Positions 1 to 12,960 of a DNA stretch of 64,000 nt are shown in pieces (the first letter of the stretch is position 1; the number at the start of each line of letters is the position of its first letter). Where the stretch lies: contig OX597820.1 in NCBI GenBank assembly GCA_951406725.2, positions 86,056,001 through 86,120,000 on the forward strand. The letters run 5' to 3'. The position numbers and the translations under genes were made by a program. Under the pieces are notes generated by a model. It saw only the letters and a list, made by a program, of their open reading frames with translations, was not told the DNA's origin and ran no database searches. This stretch comes from Octopus vulgaris (Eukaryota).

Positions 1-1484
1 TCGTATGTAATATTGTTTCCACTTTCATTTTTATCTTCAGACTTGTACATCATAGCATAGTGGTGAATTAGTTTGTTTTGCAATTCCGATGTCGCAGTTC
101 AGATGGCTCTGAGTGCCGCACCGTAGCCATGTATCTTCTGCCACACCCTCGATTTGAGTCGATATTTAATAAGGTATCCAGGTAGGTGGAACAGTGCGGA
201 AGTACGTTCACTGGACTACATTCTTAAAGCTGTTAAACTGACCTGTTCCACATTAAACCATGATGATTCTCATTAAGAATATTCTTAAGTACAACAATCG
301 TTTCAGGGAACTACGCTATCTGGAAATGTGTGTATATATCTGTTCGTTGAACGACAGAAGGACGCATCGCTCAAACAGGCAGATAATTTATATTATAGTT
401 TGAAATCGCACTGTCCCAGTCTAACTTTACAATGTTGGTTGAAATATCTGTGGCAGTCAAGTGCCTTGGAACATTTCTTGTGATGAGTAGGATAGGATTC
501 GTGTTTGCACTTCATTCACTTTTTTACATTGATTGAATTATTTGTCATTTGCACATGACATGTTTAATTGCCTGTTTAGTTTTAATTACTACGTTGTTCA
601 ACCCATGTTTGTTGATATCCTACGTTTCCGAAACACCGTAAAATCTTGTACTGTATGCTATCCATCACTTGTTTCTTTCACAATATCATTTTGGAATGCA
701 TTGACATTTGCGAGTATTTGACTCTTTCCAGTATCCCCTATGATCATGAATAAATTGTGTTTTGCTAGGGTAATCATTTATTATCTGCATCATTATTGCA
801 ACTAAAAGTTTGTTAGCTACAATAAGGCAGTTAATGGGTCGGCAGTGTTGAGATGTTGTTATTTATCTCCGGATATAAGGTTTTCTTTGTTATTGATGCA
901 TTATCAGCTGTTGTTGCTAATTGTTTCTGGAGATTATTCGATATAGCAATTACTCCAAGCATGCCTGTTGAATATATCAGAGATTTGAGGCTTTATCTTT
1001 TCCTTGGATTTAGATTTTTTAGAGCCTAGGCTACCTCTGCAGGAGGCCTGGTTAAACCATCACGCATAATAAGGTACTCTACAGGATAGTCTGAAATTTG
1101 TCAGGCTTGAAAATCCCCTAGCTCTTCACGAAATACTTCGATCTGTAAATTATTGTTTCTTTTGACGCTCATTTTAATTAGTTCATTAAATCATTTTTTA
1201 GTTGCAATCCGAAAATTTGTTTCGTTCGAAGAACAATCATCGTTTTCGCAAAGACGAATTCTAGCTATGATCTTTTATTTTGCGCATACTTTCTCTTCAA
1301 TGTTATATTTCTGTATTATTTGTCTGACTTGCTTTCAATTTCAGTTGTGTGGCTTCTTTATTGATCACATGGTGGATTGAAAAGTCATTTATTTTTTTTT
1401 TTTTATTTCTTCATGTTTCTCAGGTTGTGAGCTTGGGATTTGATACATACATACATACACACATACATACATACATATACATAT

Positions 1485-1552
<68 letters not shown>

Positions 1553-2200
1553 GCAGTACACACTTTCTTTGTCATCTGTTGCAGCTACTGCATAAATTAC
1601 TTAGCTGAAACGGGTGATATTCATGTTCGCCTTTATTTCCACTAAGTCTGCACTAACCAGTTTTGCGTTTTCTTTATATTTGTATCAATTTTATCTTGAT
1701 AGATGCTTTCGCTGATCCAAAGAAAGATCTATCGATTTTTGATTTATTAACAATTTCCACCTTTGGAACATATATTGAGAATGCTCATCTTTAGAATTAT
1801 TCTTTTCTTATATCTTCCTCATATTGCTGTTTCTATTGAACTAGTTCGAACTGCGCTGGTCAATAATTTGTGAAAATACAAGTGCTTGGTTCGGTTGTAT
1901 TTTTTTTTGTATGTATTTCTATGTAATAATCTTATCTTGTGTTTATTTTCTAAATGGCTTTAGCTGTAATATTTTAATCTTCATTTCTTTTTCATTTTTA
2001 TTTTCTATTTTTTGTTCATTGATTATTCTTATACGTTCTGAAAACGATATATATTTCTATATCTGAAACCTTTTTGGTTCTTAAGAATTTTAAGCATTGC
2101 TTTTAAGTTATATAGTCTGTTGGTCTTCAACGCTATTTTCATATCAGTGCTGTTGATATTACATATGATGTAATAGTTTCTATTTGAGGGTTGGGAGCGG
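1..2200 (-). mobile_element. Highly degraded R4/Dong-type non-LTR retrotransposon relic (pre-RT and RT region)
   Basis: Manual minus-strand translation gives TSQHCRPINCLIVANKLLVAIM (~790-860; cf. PKNYRPITCLSTTYKILTSIL in the 1223-aa ORF), MFQG (~465-480; cf. IFQGDSLSP) and ARIRLCEN...NFRIATKK*FNEL (~1180-1265; cf. AQRIRRFEK...LFTSNAKKFYREI). Many stops and frameshifts; interrupted by a (CA)/(TA) microsatellite. Confidence 0.6.
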
Positions 2201-2699
2201 AAAGCTGTAATCTATGATTTTTGTATAGAAACAAATTCTCATATCTCTTTCTTCCTTCCCTATTTTATTTAAGCGTGTTGGGTACGATCCTCTACCTACA
2301 TGCCGTTATTTTCATCGTACATTATCATATTTTATTCTGCAATTTTTTTACGGTCTCCAGTTTCCAAATTCAGATGTTTCAATTATATTAAAGTACACAT
2401 TTTAAAATTGGGCTTGAATGATACATTATATTTCAATTGTGTATCAAGTTTGCCTACAGGCGACTGCATATCTGTGGTTGATATATCTTGAGGTTTATCA
2501 TTGTGTTTAAACGAAGTGGCTATACGAAGATTAAGGAAATCATGCGTAATTTATATCAGATAGATAGCAATACCCAATGCACCGATACACTCGTGACGGG
2601 CGCTTCAGGTCAGCCCTACATTGTGGGCCAACAAAACAATTTTCCTTCTACATTGTCTAACAAACATCCTCTGTACACAAGTTGAAAATCTAGTTAAAA

Positions 2700-3450
2700 T
2701 GTAATAAATGGCAAACAATTGCTCTATTTTGTCTAAGTTTTATTTTTAAGCATTTATTTAAGTTTCCCCATCTAACTTTTACAAGCATCACAGGGTTATA
2801 TTTATTTGACTAAGTTGTCGATGTTTCATGTCCAATCCTGTGACAAATCTCACAAGTCCAACCCACTGTTTTCAGTGACATCATCTCTCGTCTTTGTTGG
2901 TAAGTTTCCTTATTGCATTCAGGCTAATAAATTTCGCTAAAGCTGTTCAGAAATTGTGTAGCAACTTAACGTTTTAATACCTCAGGTAATCGACTAGCTT
3001 ACTTCTTATATAGAACTGGTCTTAGTTATCCTTCAGTATTGTCATAATTTTTGTTCCGATTCCTTCGTTTATATTCACAGATTGTAATGGGTATTATTCG
3101 AAGCATAAAAACAAAACAGCGTTTTCTTGTATATCGACTCTGGTTCTCTTTCATTTCCTTTCTGATCTCTTTAGCTTCCGGTGTGCTCTCTTGTGTTTCC
3201 GGTGCACTGTTTTTTTCTAGGTATTCTCTGTTTCTTTCCCTCTGGTTTTATTTGATCTTGTTTCAACCTTAGGCATCTGTTTTAATATGTTTTATTGAAC
3301 TAATTTTTTTTATTCCGTGCTTCTACTCCACTAGATAACACAGTTTTACGTTCGTATGATAGGTGCATTGTTTCGTTTGGACGCTTTGATTTCTATCGCA
3401 TAATTCGTGCGTCATAATTCATAATACTTGTGCCAGGCCTTATGGTGTTA
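2700..3450 (-). mobile_element. Probable N-terminal relic of another R4/Dong-type element
   Basis: Weak peptide resemblance (EGIGTKIMTILK vs EMRQKILNMLE) to the N-terminus of the 1223-aa ORF; purine-rich minus strand. Confidence 0.3.
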
Positions 3451-3520
3451 TTTTCTCTGTATTGTGTGCCTGTGTAAAACCTTGGATTTTAGTTATGCAT
3501 TTGCCAACGGGGTTTGTTAT

Positions 3521-3974
3521 ACTTTATATTTTATTTGTTTCAGTCATTGAAATTTAGCTACGCTGAGACCGCTGTGTAGGACTTTAGCCGAATGAACTGA
3601 CACGACTGTTATTTCTTTATAAGCCTGGTGTTTATTTCACCTGTCTTTTATACCGAAACGCTAAGTTATGGAGACTGAAACAAACCAATAACGGTTGGCA
3701 AGCGAAGGTGATGGACACACACATACACGCGCATACATAGATACATACCCACACTCATAAATATGCAATAATTCAATAATTGAAACAAGTAAAAACAAAA
3801 AGTAAAGATCTATGTACATGTATTTGCGCCAGGTTTATTTCAGTTTCTGTCTATCAAATGCACTCATATTGATTTGGTTGGCCTGGGGCTATCGTGGATG
3901 ACACTTACGCAGTGGAACAGGATTTCAAATTTTGCAGTTAAGTAAATTTATTTCCAGCCACCCACGCCTACGCC
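3521..3974 (-). mobile_element. tRNA-derived SINE, family A (degraded copy)
   Basis: Colinear similarity to the copy at 37753-38163 (ttgtttcagtcatt...ccgaaacgctaagttatggagac...tttcagtttctgtctatcaaat...gctatcgtggatgacactt). Confidence 0.8.
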
Positions 3975-3989
3975 TATAATGATTCTATC

Positions 3990-5300
3990 TATATTCAATT
4001 CTCATATTCTGATTTCCCTTATTTCTAGATATTATATTAGGATAATATCACCATTCCTTATAGTTATACATCACCGTCAGTTAGAATAGATCGATGTCGG
4101 GGCACTTACTGTTTCCTTGCCCTTGGCTTCAATAGCCAACGAATTAGCTCGGATTTATCGCTGTGTTTATATAGAAATATCCCAGAGTACAGTCACGTTT
4201 TAATTCTCTCAGCCATTTGCTAGTATATACTTTCTGTTGGTATATCATATTGCTCGTATAATTTGTAATGCATGAAATTTGACTGAGTTGTAGTCTTGAA
4301 TCAGTTGCACAACGAGGTTGGGTCTTTGCTGTGCAGAATGTTGCCAGGAGGTCATTTCACTCTACATGCTGGAATAGAGTATCCAATTGAAGTAAATACT
4401 CGCAATCTGTAGAGGAGTGTTGGAGGATATGTGCGACGATGACTGAAAACGACTCTGGATGTTGACGAGCATATTCTGTGTAATCTCTTGTAATTGGTTT
4501 TACGTCAGCGATTACAAACATTTTCTAGACCCTTTCATATAGAAGTACAACAGAGAAAATTTGCTTGCTCAGGTCTTAGCGTTTCGAAATTGAGTCAAAA
4601 TTATAAAGTTCTTCGCTTACTTATTCCCAATACATCAATGTTCTGACGCAAAATATGCTGGTTGATATACCGCATCGTCATAGGAGACTAATATCTCTTA
4701 TGATGGCAGTGACTTCAAAATATTCGGCTCATTAGGGCATAGAATTCGGAAACACCGTTGTTTCGGCACGTTGCCTCTCGTCAGCAAATATTAGCTGAAC
4801 TTTCGAACCTATATCAATCAGCCGGCTTTGTTTATACTTTCAACGCACAAATTGTTTCCTGATCGATGCTTATATCTGCAAACCGACGAAAAAAAATCGT
4901 TATTTGTATCATGTACATCGAGACTAGGAACAGTTCCAGTTCTCGTTGTGTAACAGTGCGTATAACAATTGTTATTCATAAAGTTTTATTTGTAAAGTTT
5001 ATAATGTTTTTCTGTAGGTTACTGGATATTTTTGATAATGATATATCTTGTGGTTCACAATGACGTTTACATTATCTATGTTGGAACCATAAACAAGCGA
5101 ACGTGTCTGATAGTACACACAGGGTCTCCACCCAACTGTCCGCCACGCTCCCCTATGATCATCGTGTATCACGTTCTAAACAAGTACATACATCACTCGA
5201 ATCTATCTCCAGGACCTACCGATTGCTTTCTGTGGTTGAGAAAGAGCAGGTAGTCGTCTTAAATCAAGTGACTGTACGGAAGAAAGTTGTGTAGGAGATA
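3990..5300 (-). mobile_element. Degraded R4/Dong relic (post-RT to RLE region)
   Basis: Minus strand gives NVTVLWDISI*TQR*IRAN (~4140-4200; cf. ENVTILWDFPVHTDRTIKAN), a FVIA...TRDY segment (cf. FILAAQDQSLLTRNY) and PKQRCFRILCP (cf. HPKADVDRLYLP). Confidence 0.55.
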
Positions 5301-5799
5301 GCATTGACAATTTTGAACATCTGAGTATTCCCTTCTGATAAAATTATAAAAAAACTTTCTCAAGTACTACATGAGGGAAAAAGGTGACGTTAGTTAGAAA
5401 TATTTTTATTTAAGGTGTCATAATAATCCACGATTGTATGAGGGTGGAATGATTTAGCATAACTTGGGATGCCCCCGAAAACATTTGGGGTATCGTTTTT
5501 GCTGTCATTTCTTCTTTATTTCTGGTGCAATTTCGAGTGGTCAGTCTAGCAATGTATCCTTACTGTTTGATTGAACCAGCATGTTTAACTGATGTAAACC
5601 TACAACTATTTTCTGGGGGTTTTTTTCGACTTTGTATACTCTCCAATATAATAAGGATTTGAGATCAACGATTTGAGACTTGAGATCATCATCATCATCA
5701 TTATCATCATCATCATAATCTAAAACTGGCACGAGGTTTGAGACTTCAGACAGAGAGAATCTTTCATGAGATATGTGCAGTATCCAATAAGACGGAGTA

Positions 5800-7900
5800 T
5801 TTCATTATGTAATGTTGATATATTATTTTATTTATTTTGACCAAGGAATTTTGTCAGTCTCTTTGGTCCTACCACAAGTGGTCCTACCACAACAGGAATA
5901 ACATTACTAGTTGTGTTCCACGTGGTTTTTACTCACAACTATGAATAGTTGGTAATCTTTTCATCTTTTTTAGTTGCTACACTATGGTTAAAAGTTGTGC
6001 TATACCAATGACGAAAGTCGCGTGGGGTGGGAGCCTTTGTCCACCAATGTGTTCAGTCAGTGTGTCCATTTACATTTAAAATCCAAAAGCAATTAGTACT
6101 GTTGTTCTCTCTGCCCTGTGTTCATGCCATTTCTCATGTACTTCTAATCCGTAGAGCTTACAGAGGCTCCACTAAACATATTGACTCGTTTACTTTTGTA
6201 GTATTTCATTGTAGTTCTGTTGTGCAAGCAGCCAACACACACTGACAATGTATGCCACACTCTACAACATTCCGACAGAAACTGAAACTTTTACTTGCAG
6301 CAATCTTGTAGACAGACAATTTTATGAGGTTGGCCGGCAGAGTCTGATCCTAAACTACAACCAAACCATATGAAAACTTTTGCCTTTTTAGTTCTTCCCT
6401 TCTTAGCTACGTCCACGCGTCGTCAATCTTCGCATTCTTACTTTCCTTTCCAAACTCCCCATGTAGGTGCATTGATCTACCACGCCCCACTCCCTCCCTC
6501 TCTAACTTCACTTCGTATGAATCTTTGGTTTCAATTTCCTCTTCCTTCAACTCCATTGACTTTTTAACTTACTGAAGCAAAATCACCTTGCGTAGCAATT
6601 AAAATCCAACTTTCATCTTTCTGCAGCAACATATCCCGATGCACTAAACAACTTACTTACTGCCGTGTATCGCTTCGTTTAAAGGCACACCAGATTGCTA
6701 TGCGAATGAGAATTTGAATTTATAAAACAATTTCCTTGAGCCTCGGTTCTTCAATCAATTTTCTCCAGCCGCCATTCATGTAAGGCTGCACTGAAATACA
6801 AAGCCGTAGACGAGCTGTTGATAACATACACGAGTTTTCTGAAATTAAGCTTAGTCTTCAGAATCCTACCCATATTTGTACTCGCTCCTTCATCATTCTC
6901 GATATTACATCGTTTAACTGCGGTAGTCCTAGATACTTACATCCTGCTTCATCCTGATCTCTCATTCTTTCTCCATTTGGTCATATTAATTTACTGCTGT
7001 TTTCCTTTTTCCTCTGCACATTGTGACTGTCACATTCTATGTAACAGTCAATTCCATCTATATGTCCATTCTTGCCACATACACATTTTGCTCAGATAAA
7101 TCACACCTTTTTTTCTGATTTTGCGAATAGGTTAAGTTCATCTATAAAGAGCAGACGATTAACGAATCAGAGGACTCAAGCCAATGGTCAAGAACAAGAA
7201 AGAAGACGAGTGTCATCTTGAAGGACAGTAGAAATTCATTGTTGATTTTTTCATGATGTCACTCATTAGATTTTGTACATATTCAACGATCTTAAATATG
7301 TTGAAGGACTTCAGTATAAATGGTTGCGATACAATGTCGTACCCTTTTTAAAATCTACCCAGACCAGTGACAACTTATTTTCCACCTTTTGCTGTTCTCC
7401 AGAGCCGTGACAATGTTCTACTGAGCAGACAGTAAGTTATTTGATTTCAGGTATATATACACTTGTTCAACAATTTTTCCTGTGTTAATTTTCCATATCA
7501 AATTAAAGCATGCAATTGGAATGTAATTACTGACCACTGGACACTTGGATATGTTCTCCATGATACGGGACGTTCGTCCTTCAAACATCCAGCTTGATAG
7601 CACACCGATAATTTCAAGAGATTCCCTGGTCTGGCAATAGTATTGGGATAGACACTGCACATGGCATTTCGAACAACTACGCGCCTTCGAAATGCTCGCA
7701 AGGCGACAAAACTGCATGCACTCGTATAATGATCGAGCATCACTGACTTGACATTATCTGTGGTACGGTCGACTTCATCGTGAAGAATACCCCACCACCT
7801 TCCTTAATCCGGGTAGGGTAGGGAATTTCCGGTTGTCTAATGGCTCTCGTGAAAGAGTCTGACTGAAAGACTGCAAATAGATACTTTCCTCTTCGGTAAA
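5800..7900 (-). mobile_element. Degraded R4/Dong relic spanning RT to RLE
   Basis: ORF 7418-7717 reads SWMFEGRT...SNYIPIACFNLIWKINTG (cf. EWLASGIT...NYRPITCLSTTYKILTS). Downstream: LSLVWVDFKKGYD, LLFIDELNLFAK (YMDD equivalent), ILKTKLNFRKLVYVINS, MHLHGEFGK, a CRNV...H knuckle remnant and VIPVVVGPL, all colinear with the 1223-aa ORF. Confidence 0.8.
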
Positions 7901-7932
7901 GCCCGCATCGACATTTTCAACTTCCATTTTCA

Positions 7933-7966
7933 ACATGCCTCTTAAAACGAGTTTTAAGAGGCATGT
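7933..7966. repeat. Perfect 16-bp inverted repeat with 2-nt spacer
   Basis: acatgcctcttaaaac-ga-gttttaagaggcatgt read directly. Confidence 0.95.
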
Positions 7967-8289
7967 CCTGCTCTCAGTAAATTTGTTGACAAATGGGAGA
8001 ATATGGCGAAAATGACTTGTGTAAGTGAACCCTCTCTCAACTGGCGCGTGTAGGCTAAGGAGTAAAGAAGATTGAGAAGGGCTTGCTGTATTACTCTTGA
8101 TGTGTATGTGGATTAGAAATTGTAGAGTTTCCTGGATGTTGTTTACCCCTATTGAGGAATTTTGTTGTCAGATTTTCCTTGCCAATTGTTATAGTTATTT
8201 TTTTTTTATACACTTTTATGTAAATCTCCAATGTCTTTTGTCTTTGCATTGTCCAAAATGTTACTGCAGCTCAAGTGGTTAATAAACAG

Positions 8290-9020
8290 ATATTCTTATT
8301 ATTGTTGTTATTATTCTACTTAACTCAAGTTTGGTGATAATCTTCGTAAAATTTATGTAGGTAGCGAGTTATTACTCAAATAGTAAATAGCCGCAAGTTT
8401 TCAATAACATTTCATGTACTCAAAATCCTTCTACTAAGCTTTTCTGTTCCTAAGAAGCAAACTTACTGTAGAAGCTGTATATGACATTTCAATCCCCTCT
8501 CATTCAACTATTTGTGTATATTATTACACTCAATCCACAACATTTATAGTTCTCATATTCCAAGTACTTTTTCAACCCACTGATCATACCAAGTAATTCC
8601 AGCTTCACCCCACCATTTCTCGCTCAGTTTCCAGTGCAAGACTTTCACAACTTGGTCATACCACCGTTTCTCATATTCTCTCTGAGCTAACATGAAACAT
8701 TCTGCAATAATATGTGCCATTGTTTCATCCCCAATTCCACACATACTACATTTTGCGGATACTTTCTGCCCATACACATATTTTTGAAGTTGTATATTTT
8801 TAGCGCTTGAACTTGCGCTGCTATAATAAGGCTCTCTGTTTCTTTTTTTCAATTGCTATTTTTTCAAACAGGCCCAGACTCAGTGGATTTCCAATACTGA
8901 CTATGCAAAAGTTTCTCATCAATCTGCTTAACATGCTTTGTTTGAATTTCATTTTTATCCTTTTCTCCTATTCAACAGGTTTTTACCGGTTCTTTTTTTA
9001 TTCACCACTTTATTAATTTT
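8290..9020 (-). mobile_element. 5'-truncated R4/Dong-type copy (CCHC finger, internally deleted RLE, 3' UTR, TAA/CAA tail)
   Basis: ORF 8553-8852 KCSMCGIGDETMAHIIAECFMLAQREYEKRWYDQVVKVLHW is the CCHC + RHD-equivalent motif. C-terminus WNMRTINVV...LLQ*VCFLGT; 3' UTR homologous to 9385-9490. Confidence 0.8.
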
Positions 9021-9039
9021 CCCATTCAAACAGGTGTGA

Positions 9040-9492
9040 AATTATTATTTCAAACATATGTGAAATAATAAACCAGATGTAATAATCATAGAGAAGAGAG
9101 ACCGAAGTTGATTATAAATTGATTCATCATATCCGTTTGATTCCAGGACAGTAAAGAAGGAAGATGAAAAATTAAAGAAATACAAGCCTCCAAAATTTGA
9201 AATTGAGAAAATTTGGAATATGAAAACTGTAAATGTTGTGCCTATTATAATTAGTGCAGTGGGAAATGTGAGTAAAGATATAGACAAATGGTTGAAGGAG
9301 ATTGGAATAGAATGTTCTGCAAAGCTTCTGCAGAAAGTTTTCCTCTAAGGGACAGAAAGGTTATCAGGAAATTTTTAAGCACTTGAAATATTATTGAAAG
9401 CTTGTTGATATCTAAGGTCACAGATAATAACCGGCTACACACATAAATTCTACCAGGAATAAGAATGACCCTGAGTTAAATCAAAAACAATA
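9040..9492 (+). mobile_element. 3' fragment of R4/Dong-type copy (RLE PD..D..K domain and 3' UTR)
   Basis: Plus strand NKPDVIIIEKRDRS*L*IDSSYPFDSRTVKKEDEKLKKYK...EKIWNMKTVNVVPIIISAVG is a restriction-like endonuclease motif. Confidence 0.85.
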
Positions 9493-9739
9493 ATTGCTTC
9501 TACTTTAGACATGAAGCCAACTATAAAAAGGTGTGTTTAGTCAGTATCATTGACACTATTATATTTGACTTTCACTTTATTTTATCGTTCCATGTGGGAT
9601 GAAAGATTAAGCCGATTCGGCGTCATTTGAACTCAGATTGGAAAATTACCAGGCTAGCAATTTCATTTGTAATCTTAAAAGCAAACACAATAATGATAAC
9701 ATTTGAATTATAAACAGTAAAAGAAACTACGGCGACGCT

Positions 9740-10163
9740 AATGATGATGGTGATAAGGAGGCTAAGGTGGGGGGAGGAAAGGCACAAGTGAAGATGGGAG
9801 AAACAGGAGGAGGAGGAGGTGAAGGAGAAGAAGAAGAAAAAGAAAAGGAGGAAGGAGAAGAAGAAGATGATGATGAAGAAAAAGAAGATGGAGAAGAAGA
9901 ATAAGAAGGGAGAGGAGGTTGAGGAGGAGAAGAAGAATTGATGATGATTTTGGTGGTAGTGGTGACGACAACGACAAAATGATGATGATGGAATGATGAT
10001 GATTAAGATGAAGACGATGATGACGGTAGTAAGAAAAGCAGCAGCAAGAGCAGCGGCAGTAGTAGTTGTAGTCGTAGTAATAGTGGTGACAATTGTGATA
10101 GTGATGGTTGTTGTAATAATAATAATAATAATAATAGTAATAATAATAATAATCATCATCATC

Positions 10164-10198
<35 letters not shown>

Positions 10199-10235
10199 TA
10201 ATAATAATAACAACAACAACAACAACAACAACAAC

Positions 10236-10287
<52 letters not shown>

Positions 10288-10290
10288 TCA
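9740..10290. repeat. Long compound trinucleotide microsatellite (GAG/GAA/GAT/GCA/GTA/TAA/CAT/CAA)
   Basis: Directly visible; source of the spurious poly-L/I/N/Y ORFs. Confidence 0.95.
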
Positions 10291-12515
10291 TGATGCCTTC
10301 TAAATGATGCAGCTAAATGAAGGTTGAGAAGAAATAAAGGATTTTTATGAACATTTAATTTTTTTACTTGTTTAGTTTTTTTGTTTTTTTTCAATAAGAA
10401 TATAATTAAAGAAATAAAAAGAACTTTGTCTCGAAAAAGTGATTACTGTTACCCTAACATTGTTAATTAGAATTTTTCGGTTAATTACATTTGTTAGCTG
10501 ACTATCTAAAAGATCAATGAAGTTACATGTTAATAGCTACACTACTTCAAGAGCAAACAGCCATTAATGAATAGTAAAACAATATATAAATAAAAAAACA
10601 TGAAATAAAATATGAAGTGAAATGGAGAAATCTAAAATAAATACTATTACATGCTTCTGCTGCTGCAATTACTGTTGTTGTTGTTGCTGTTGTTGTTTAA
10701 CCTCAGGTCAAGCTTGATCAAGCAATCATACAATCAAAGGCAAATCAGCCGTAACCGTTCCGTCCTTTGTTTGAGACATGATGTAACTTGGACCTACTTT
10801 TATCCAAAGGTTACATAGTGTTTTTCTTCTTCAGTTCTTAGCTAAAGCGGTTAAAGTTTTGGTTGTATAAGATATGGAATGGTTCATATGTATCCTTGCT
10901 AAGTATTCCGTTATTCCCGAGCAATTTTTACAATAGGATGCCTTTATTTTATTTTTTTTTTTTTTACTCAGACGATGACTTCTCCGACAGACAAGCCTCT
11001 TGGTCAGGGAAGACTTCTACAATTTGGGCAATTTATAATGTATCGTGTATCGATAAACTAAGTTGATTTTCCATTCGGTGCATATATATTTTTTTCCATC
11101 TCACTGCTCCCTGCGGTTGCCTTATGAGGGGCTTTCGACTTTATCTACCTAATGGAATTTCTTATATACATGCATATTCACTGACATACCGTGCACACGC
11201 ACACACTCACATACGCGCACACAAACAAACACACACATACACAAACACACACTCAGTGTGAGCAATATACATACGTGGAAAGAGGGAGATTGCGACAAAT
11301 AGAGAGGAGAGAATTACAATGAGTCGCTGAATGCGATTTTGTGATTCACTATTCAAAAAAAAAATAATAATATTAGAAAATGTTACGGAGGTTTAAATTT
11401 TTATAATATTTTTCCAGTCAGTAAACAGGATTTGGAGGCTAGTATTTTCTGCGTGAAAGATGTCTATCACAAAATGAAAGTAAAACTATGAAGTTTTAAA
11501 TGAAATGAAAGTAGTAGCATGTCATATCAAGAAAGAGAATAGAGAGCAGCTACGTGAGAAATATACATATACAAAGAGAGTATGATAAAAGTGTGGTAAA
11601 AATATATATAGAGAGAGTAAAGACGTAAATGACAGACAGAGTCTCGTGGAGGCCAATAGAGACGTGTAGATTTCTCAATCTAAAAGCTGCACGGACATCT
11701 GCAATGTTTTTTTTTCTCCGTTCTGCTGTTTGCGGGTCTCCCTGAACTTTCGTCAATATCGACATTGTTTCGGCCATCATGCAAATGCCTGAACCAATCA
11801 TACACTTGTGTGCGGTTCATTCACTACTCTCCGTACACTTTCTGCAATATTGTGTAAGCCGCTGAGCAGATATCACCATGACAACATTCACTATCATGGT
11901 CAATGCGATGATCACACGCTACACACCTCCCTTCCAACCACTGCTGTACATGAAAGAATGCGCCAGAACGTTAAAACAGTGCGCAAGCACAGCAGAGTTC
12001 AAGTTCAAACTTTGCTAAGATGTATCACTCTGCGAGCCTTAACATCGGTACTGTAGCAATAGTCCGGATACCTATTTATCAGACCTCGTATATATATAAA
12101 CACACGCTCGGTATTACCGTTTTCTTTAACACTGTTTCCAGCATCACCCCATCAGCTTTCTTAAACTCGCTTAGCCGTCACTTAGATCCATGGCGTTGCC
12201 TTGTGATCACAATTCTTGCTAATTCTAAACCATTCTTTTATCTTTTTAAACTTTTATTTGTTTCATATCATTTGACTGCAGCCATAGCTGGGCACTGCCT
12301 TGCGCGGTTTAGTTGAATAAATCGATCCCAAGATTTATTTTTTAAAGTCTAGAACTTATTCTAGCAGTCTCTATTGCTGAAACGCTAAATTACGGAGAGG
12401 CAAACACACCAACACCGGTTATCAAGTGGTGATCGGCGTGGGGAAGCATGCGCACAAAGATACACACGCATACATATATACTATATACAATATACATATA
12501 TATACATATACATAC

Positions 12516-12599
<84 letters not shown>

Positions 12600-12619
12600 T
12601 TGTGTATGTATGTATGTAT

Positions 12620-12884
12620 CTAATATAGGATAAAATCTTTCGAAAAAACTCTACCAATGGTCAGCATATTAAAGAAATACCTTTAAAGGTTAAATTTATA
12701 AACAATTTATAAGTGAGGGCAAAAGACAAAAATTCTAATGCCAAAATATGCCGAAAATAGGTACAACGTCAATAACCATTATAATTCATCACTACAAGCA
12801 CGCGTTTCGAAGAAAGCCGACAGAAATTTCTAAAAAATCCCGTTATTACCATATCGGACACGATTTCAGAGTTGGTTCATAAAT

Positions 12885-12885
<1 letters not shown>
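12620..12885 (-). mobile_element. Possible Penelope-like pseudo-LTR fragment
   Basis: Flanked by microsatellites; minus strand carries CGAAACGCGT (palindromic stem-III signature of PLE hammerheads) preceded by a partial stem. Confidence 0.35.

Positions 12886-12955
<70 letters not shown>

Positions 12956-12960
<5 letters not shown>

Noticed and set aside
4740-4790. Minus-strand CTGACGA...GAAA hammerhead-like string
   Set aside because: Stems II and III do not pair in register, and the segment translates as part of an R4 relic (HPK..RLY.P equivalent).
7418-7743. Cys-rich ORFs resembling a piggyBac cysteine-rich domain
   Set aside because: The same ORF continues into clear R4 RT motifs, so the cysteines are decay artefacts.
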